Of a stretch of 64,000 nucleotides of DNA, positions 60,991 to 64,000 are shown piece after piece (position 1 is the first letter of the stretch; the number at the start of each line of letters is the position of its first letter). Source of the stretch: an uncultured bacterium (GTDB taxonomy: Bacteria; UBP4; UBA4092). The stretch spans positions 1 through 64,000 of the forward strand of contig CAZXWN010000011.1 in NCBI GenBank assembly GCA_964644695.1, in the 5' to 3' direction. The notes under the pieces are model-generated. The model worked only from the letters and a program-made list of their open reading frames with translations. It was not told where the DNA came from and made no database searches. The position numbers were made by a program, and so were the translations under genes.

Positions 60991-61332
60991 TCAACCAGCC
61001 TGGATACCCGATTGAAACATCTCACCCACGACAATGTAGGTTGTTTTTTTCGTCAGTAGAATGGGAACATCTTCGGAACAAGCCCGTTTCAGAGTTTCTT
61101 CATCGGGACGATTTCCTTCTGTCACCACAATGGCAGCCAGCCCCAGAAGACTTCCCACCGCAACGATATTCAAATGACTCTGCAAAGTAACCCAGACATA
61201 ATCTTTCTTTGCTTTTCCCATGGCACAACTTAACAGGTCCGTTGCATATCCACCCTCAACTAACCGGTCCAGATTCACTCCCGGATTAGCAACTTCCAAA
61301 TCCAGGTTTTTAATCAACTCTAATAAATTCAT
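60991..61332 (-). CDS. DRTGG-domain protein
   Basis: GGYATDLLS, VWVTLQSHLNIVAV; AGAAGGAG RBS before ATG 61332. Confidence 0.85.
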   Translation of the reverse strand: MNLLELIKNLDLEVANPGVNLDRLVEGGYATDLLSCAMGKAKKDYVWVTLQSHLNIVAVGSLLGLAAIVVTEGNRPDEETLKRACSEDVPILLTKKTTYIVVGEMFQSGIQAG

Positions 61333-61440
61333 TGTCATTCTCCTTCTCGAAATCAAATGACCTTTTACTACTGACCTGTAATATTAACAAAAAAACCGGA
61401 AATCCGTTTGTCGGATTTCCGGTCCTTATCAAAAATCGAG

Positions 61441-61701
61441 TTATACTTGTCCAAACCAATAACCATAATTATCATCAGGTTCATCACTTCCATACCGCCG
61501 AGTCTGCCGATGATTGACCATACTTTCTAGTTCGAAGATATCGGGCGCATTACTGGTATCCAGTTCATGCAACGGTTCCCCCAACCGGTCCCGTTCAAAC
61601 TCCATGGCGATTTCATCGAATTCATCCCGTGGTGGACTTTTCCGTACTGAAATTGAGCCTCGTCGTTTCACAACTTTGTCTTTTTGTTTTCCCATTTTCA
61701 T
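61441..61701 (-). CDS. Small hypothetical protein, basic N-terminus and acidic C-terminus
   Basis: Own TTGACA-N17-TAAATT promoter (about 61760-61788), GAGGG RBS, downstream terminator. Confidence 0.6.
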   Translation of the reverse strand: MKMGKQKDKVVKRRGSISVRKSPPRDEFDEIAMEFERDRLGEPLHELDTSNAPDIFELESMVNHRQTRRYGSDEPDDNYGYWFGQV

Positions 61702-61934
61702 CCCTCTTTTTGTAAACTATGGGCCTTTTATCGGGTCTGTACTAAGCCCAGTCCCATCAAGACGGTTTGAATTTACAACAGTGTTCCACCCTTGTCAAGC
61801 CATAAAAACAAAAAAGTGATTAATTATTTTTACAATCAATTTCACTGAATAGAGATTACAAATAAGAAAACCTCCAGCCTGACAAGCCCTGCCTGTCACA
61901 CTGGAGGTTTTAATTTCATTATGTTTTTAATTCA

Positions 61935-62195
61935 TTATTGGTCAGATGAGAATAATCTATCCAACACTTGCCCGACCTGGCTGCGTCGATCGAAATATCG
62001 ACCCACTAACAAGCCTAGAATAATACACCCGATGAGTATTAAAGTATGCCAAAATCCGAGGAAGTGAAACAGTAAGCCCATAATAAATCCTACCAACACT
62101 CCCATGACCGTTCGGGGGCGATGTAATATCCAGGTAATAATACCTTCTGATATGATGTTCCACCGTGACCGGCGGAAATAAGGTCCATCCTGCAT
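61935..62195 (-). CDS. DUF2273 small integral membrane protein
   Basis: G.LVG...GFWHTL.LI.C..LG..VGRYFD; follows amaP. Confidence 0.8.
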   Translation of the reverse strand: MQDGPYFRRSRWNIISEGIITWILHRPRTVMGVLVGFIMGLLFHFLGFWHTLILIGCIILGLLVGRYFDRRSQVGQVLDRLFSSDQ

Positions 62196-62197
62196 TT

Positions 62198-62815
62198 TTA
62201 AAACCCTTTCTCCGCAGTGAATTCTTCATCGACAGCGCGCCGATGTCCTACCCGGCTGGATTGTTCATCAATCTTAGTAATCAGAAAATCAATAGGGGTG
62301 ATTTCACGGTCACCAATAGCCTTATAGATTCCCTCGCGAATGGCGATTCGTAACCGTTGACTGACTTCAGGGACACTATAATCAGACCAGACCGATACGC
62401 GTGCGTAGAGACCCCAGCCACCCTTACGGTTTCGTCTCACGCGGGACCGTATTTCTTTCACACCTTCAACATTGTGAGCCAGGCGATTTACATAGACTTC
62501 AATAGCAGAAACGGATACAGATAATTTCCCATCCGGAGAATCCAGCTTTAGTCGGCGGGCCGCATGTTTTTCGGCAATGGAAAGATATACAGTAACAATA
62601 CTCACCAGTAACAAAGCCAGTCCCACCAGTAAAACACCGATCTTTGTCTGGGAATCTGTCGTCATTCGAAGAAGGAAAGCTTCCGCTTGATTCGATAAAG
62701 TTATCTGTCCATTCATACCTAAGATATAAACAATGGACAGCCCCGTCAATACAGCTCCAAGAATGAATACAAACAGGACACAAATTACAGCGGAAAATCG
62801 TCTTAAGTTACGCAT
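62198..62815 (-). CDS. amaP: Alkaline shock response membrane anchor AmaP
   Basis: Two TM then G.LSVSVSAIE..V Asp23-like domain; between asp23 and DUF2273. Confidence 0.75.
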   Translation of the reverse strand: MRNLRRFSAVICVLFVFILGAVLTGLSIVYILGMNGQITLSNQAEAFLLRMTTDSQTKIGVLLVGLALLLVSIVTVYLSIAEKHAARRLKLDSPDGKLSVSVSAIEVYVNRLAHNVEGVKEIRSRVRRNRKGGWGLYARVSVWSDYSVPEVSQRLRIAIREGIYKAIGDREITPIDFLITKIDEQSSRVGHRRAVDEEFTAEKGF

Positions 62816-62832
62816 AGTCTCACCGGTATTCC

Positions 62833-63249
62833 TTAGTATTTAATTGGTATGCCACTTCCAGCATCATCTTCCGATTCAAGAGGTTTATCCACAGGCCGGG
62901 AAGGCACCTGAACACCATCGACAATCACATTTACTTCAATCACCGTGAGTCCAGTCATGGCTTCAACTTTCTTTTTGACTACCCGTTGGACCTCCATTGC
63001 AATTTCCGGGATATTGCGGCCGTACTCCACAACCACAAACATATCAATCGCGGCCTCGCCCTGGCCAATCTCTACCAGAACCCCTTTTTTCATGGTTTTC
63101 TGGCCAAACACTTCAGCAAGGGAAAAACCGCCCCCCATTCCGGCAATACCTTCCACTTCGCTGGCTGCAATACCAGCAATTATAGCCACCACATCATTAT
63201 GGATGCGGACACTTCCACCTTCTGTCATTCTGTCTTCAGGAAAAATCAT
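62833..63249 (-). CDS. Asp23/Gls24 envelope stress protein
   Basis: I..DVVAIIAGIAA.EVEG, KGV.VE, VEYG..IPE.A..VQ, MTGL.V.EVNV. Confidence 0.92.
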   Translation of the reverse strand: MIFPEDRMTEGGSVRIHNDVVAIIAGIAASEVEGIAGMGGGFSLAEVFGQKTMKKGVLVEIGQGEAAIDMFVVVEYGRNIPEIAMEVQRVVKKKVEAMTGLTVIEVNVIVDGVQVPSRPVDKPLESEDDAGSGIPIKY

Positions 63250-63384
63250 ACCGTTATACCTTCCTAAAGGAATCATAATCGGTTTAACTGTTTGGAGTCA
63301 AGACAATTCCATCTATTTGTAGAAAATAAAAAACCCGCGGTCCGAAGACCGCGGGTTTGGTAGCACTTAGTGAAGCTTCCTAAA

Positions 63385-64000
63385 TTAGAAGGAAACCTTC
63401 ATGCCGCCCTTGACCATCCAGGCTTCACCACCACCGATGTTGTCATCAGCGTCGAAGTAGCCAGCGATCAGCTCAGCAGCAACATTTTCACTGTACTGAT
63501 AGGAAACGCGGACATCAGCTTCCCAACCGATTTCTTTGTCGGCGAGACTGACGAGCAGACCGTCTTCATCAGTTGCTAAATAATAATAGAAGTCGGCATC
63601 AGCAGCCCACTTTTCAGCAGGTTTGAAACCGGCATTCAGGTTCAGGAACATGACGTTATTGCGGAGCAGCGCGAAGCTGTCAGCAATGCGGCCATAACCT
63701 TTTTCACCGAGGTCGTCCTGGTCACAATGACCGAACGGCTGAATGAATTCGTCGCCAATGTAGTAGAAGTTGGCACCGATGAAAGGTTTGTATTCACTCT
63801 GATTGAAGGTGTAAGCAACGCCAACATAACCGGCGACGTCGGACAGAGTGTCAGCAGTAATAGCGTTGTCGATGTTGTTGTAGGCTAATTCAGCTTTGTA
63901 AGCAAGACCTTCAACTGCTGGGACGGTACCGTTTGCACGGACGCCGATCCAGAGACCATGACCATCAAAAGCCTGGACATCAGCATACAGAACATAAGCA
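63385..64000 (-). CDS. C-terminal part of an outer-membrane beta-barrel (alginate-export/porin-like), 5' end outside window
   Basis: Frame stays open upstream of the ORF-track start (IGANFYYIGDEF...); alternating strands EIGWEADVRVSYQY; terminal Phe (MKVSF); terminator at about 63328-63358. Confidence 0.75.
   Translation of the reverse strand, partial: AYVLYADVQAFDGHGLWIGVRANGTVPAVEGLAYKAELAYNNIDNAITADTLSDVAGYVGVAYTFNQSEYKPFIGANFYYIGDEFIQPFGHCDQDDLGEKGYGRIADSFALLRNNVMFLNLNAGFKPAEKWAADADFYYYLATDEDGLLVSLADKEIGWEADVRVSYQYSENVAAELIAGYFDADDNIGGGEAWMVKGGMKVSF

Overview
Bacterial chromosomal window of about 64 kb, mostly housekeeping and envelope genes from a probably diderm organism (AsmA-like protein, TolB-like propellers, O-antigen ligase, an outer-membrane beta-barrel) that also carries Firmicute-style genes (asp23-amaP-DUF2273, DRTGG-PHP-kinase trio, GH4 melA). 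It has about 50 CDS (ade, two corA, comM, msrA, glgP, glnA, melA, lysS, rpmG, bcp, recO, hisS and others), tRNA-Leu(CAG) and tRNA-Arg(CCG). I saw no CRISPR array, rRNA, integrase or transposase. Main observations: (1) a sharply AT-rich two-gene island just after comM, encoding a SIR2-family protein overlapping a radical SAM/Twitch enzyme, a candidate undescribed defence or nucleotide-chemistry system; (2) a promoter+RBS+signal-peptide module duplicated at 1-259 and 42630-42963, where the second copy drives a Kelch-like secreted protein bracketed by inverted REP elements and lies next to a G-quadruplex motif; (3) a 46-bp palindromic repeat in five indel-free copies; (4) a complete sigma54 circuit (TPR-bEBP, two UAS, IHF-like site, -24/-12 promoter) aimed at a small unknown protein. 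All calls come from reading motifs by eye; no database searches were run.
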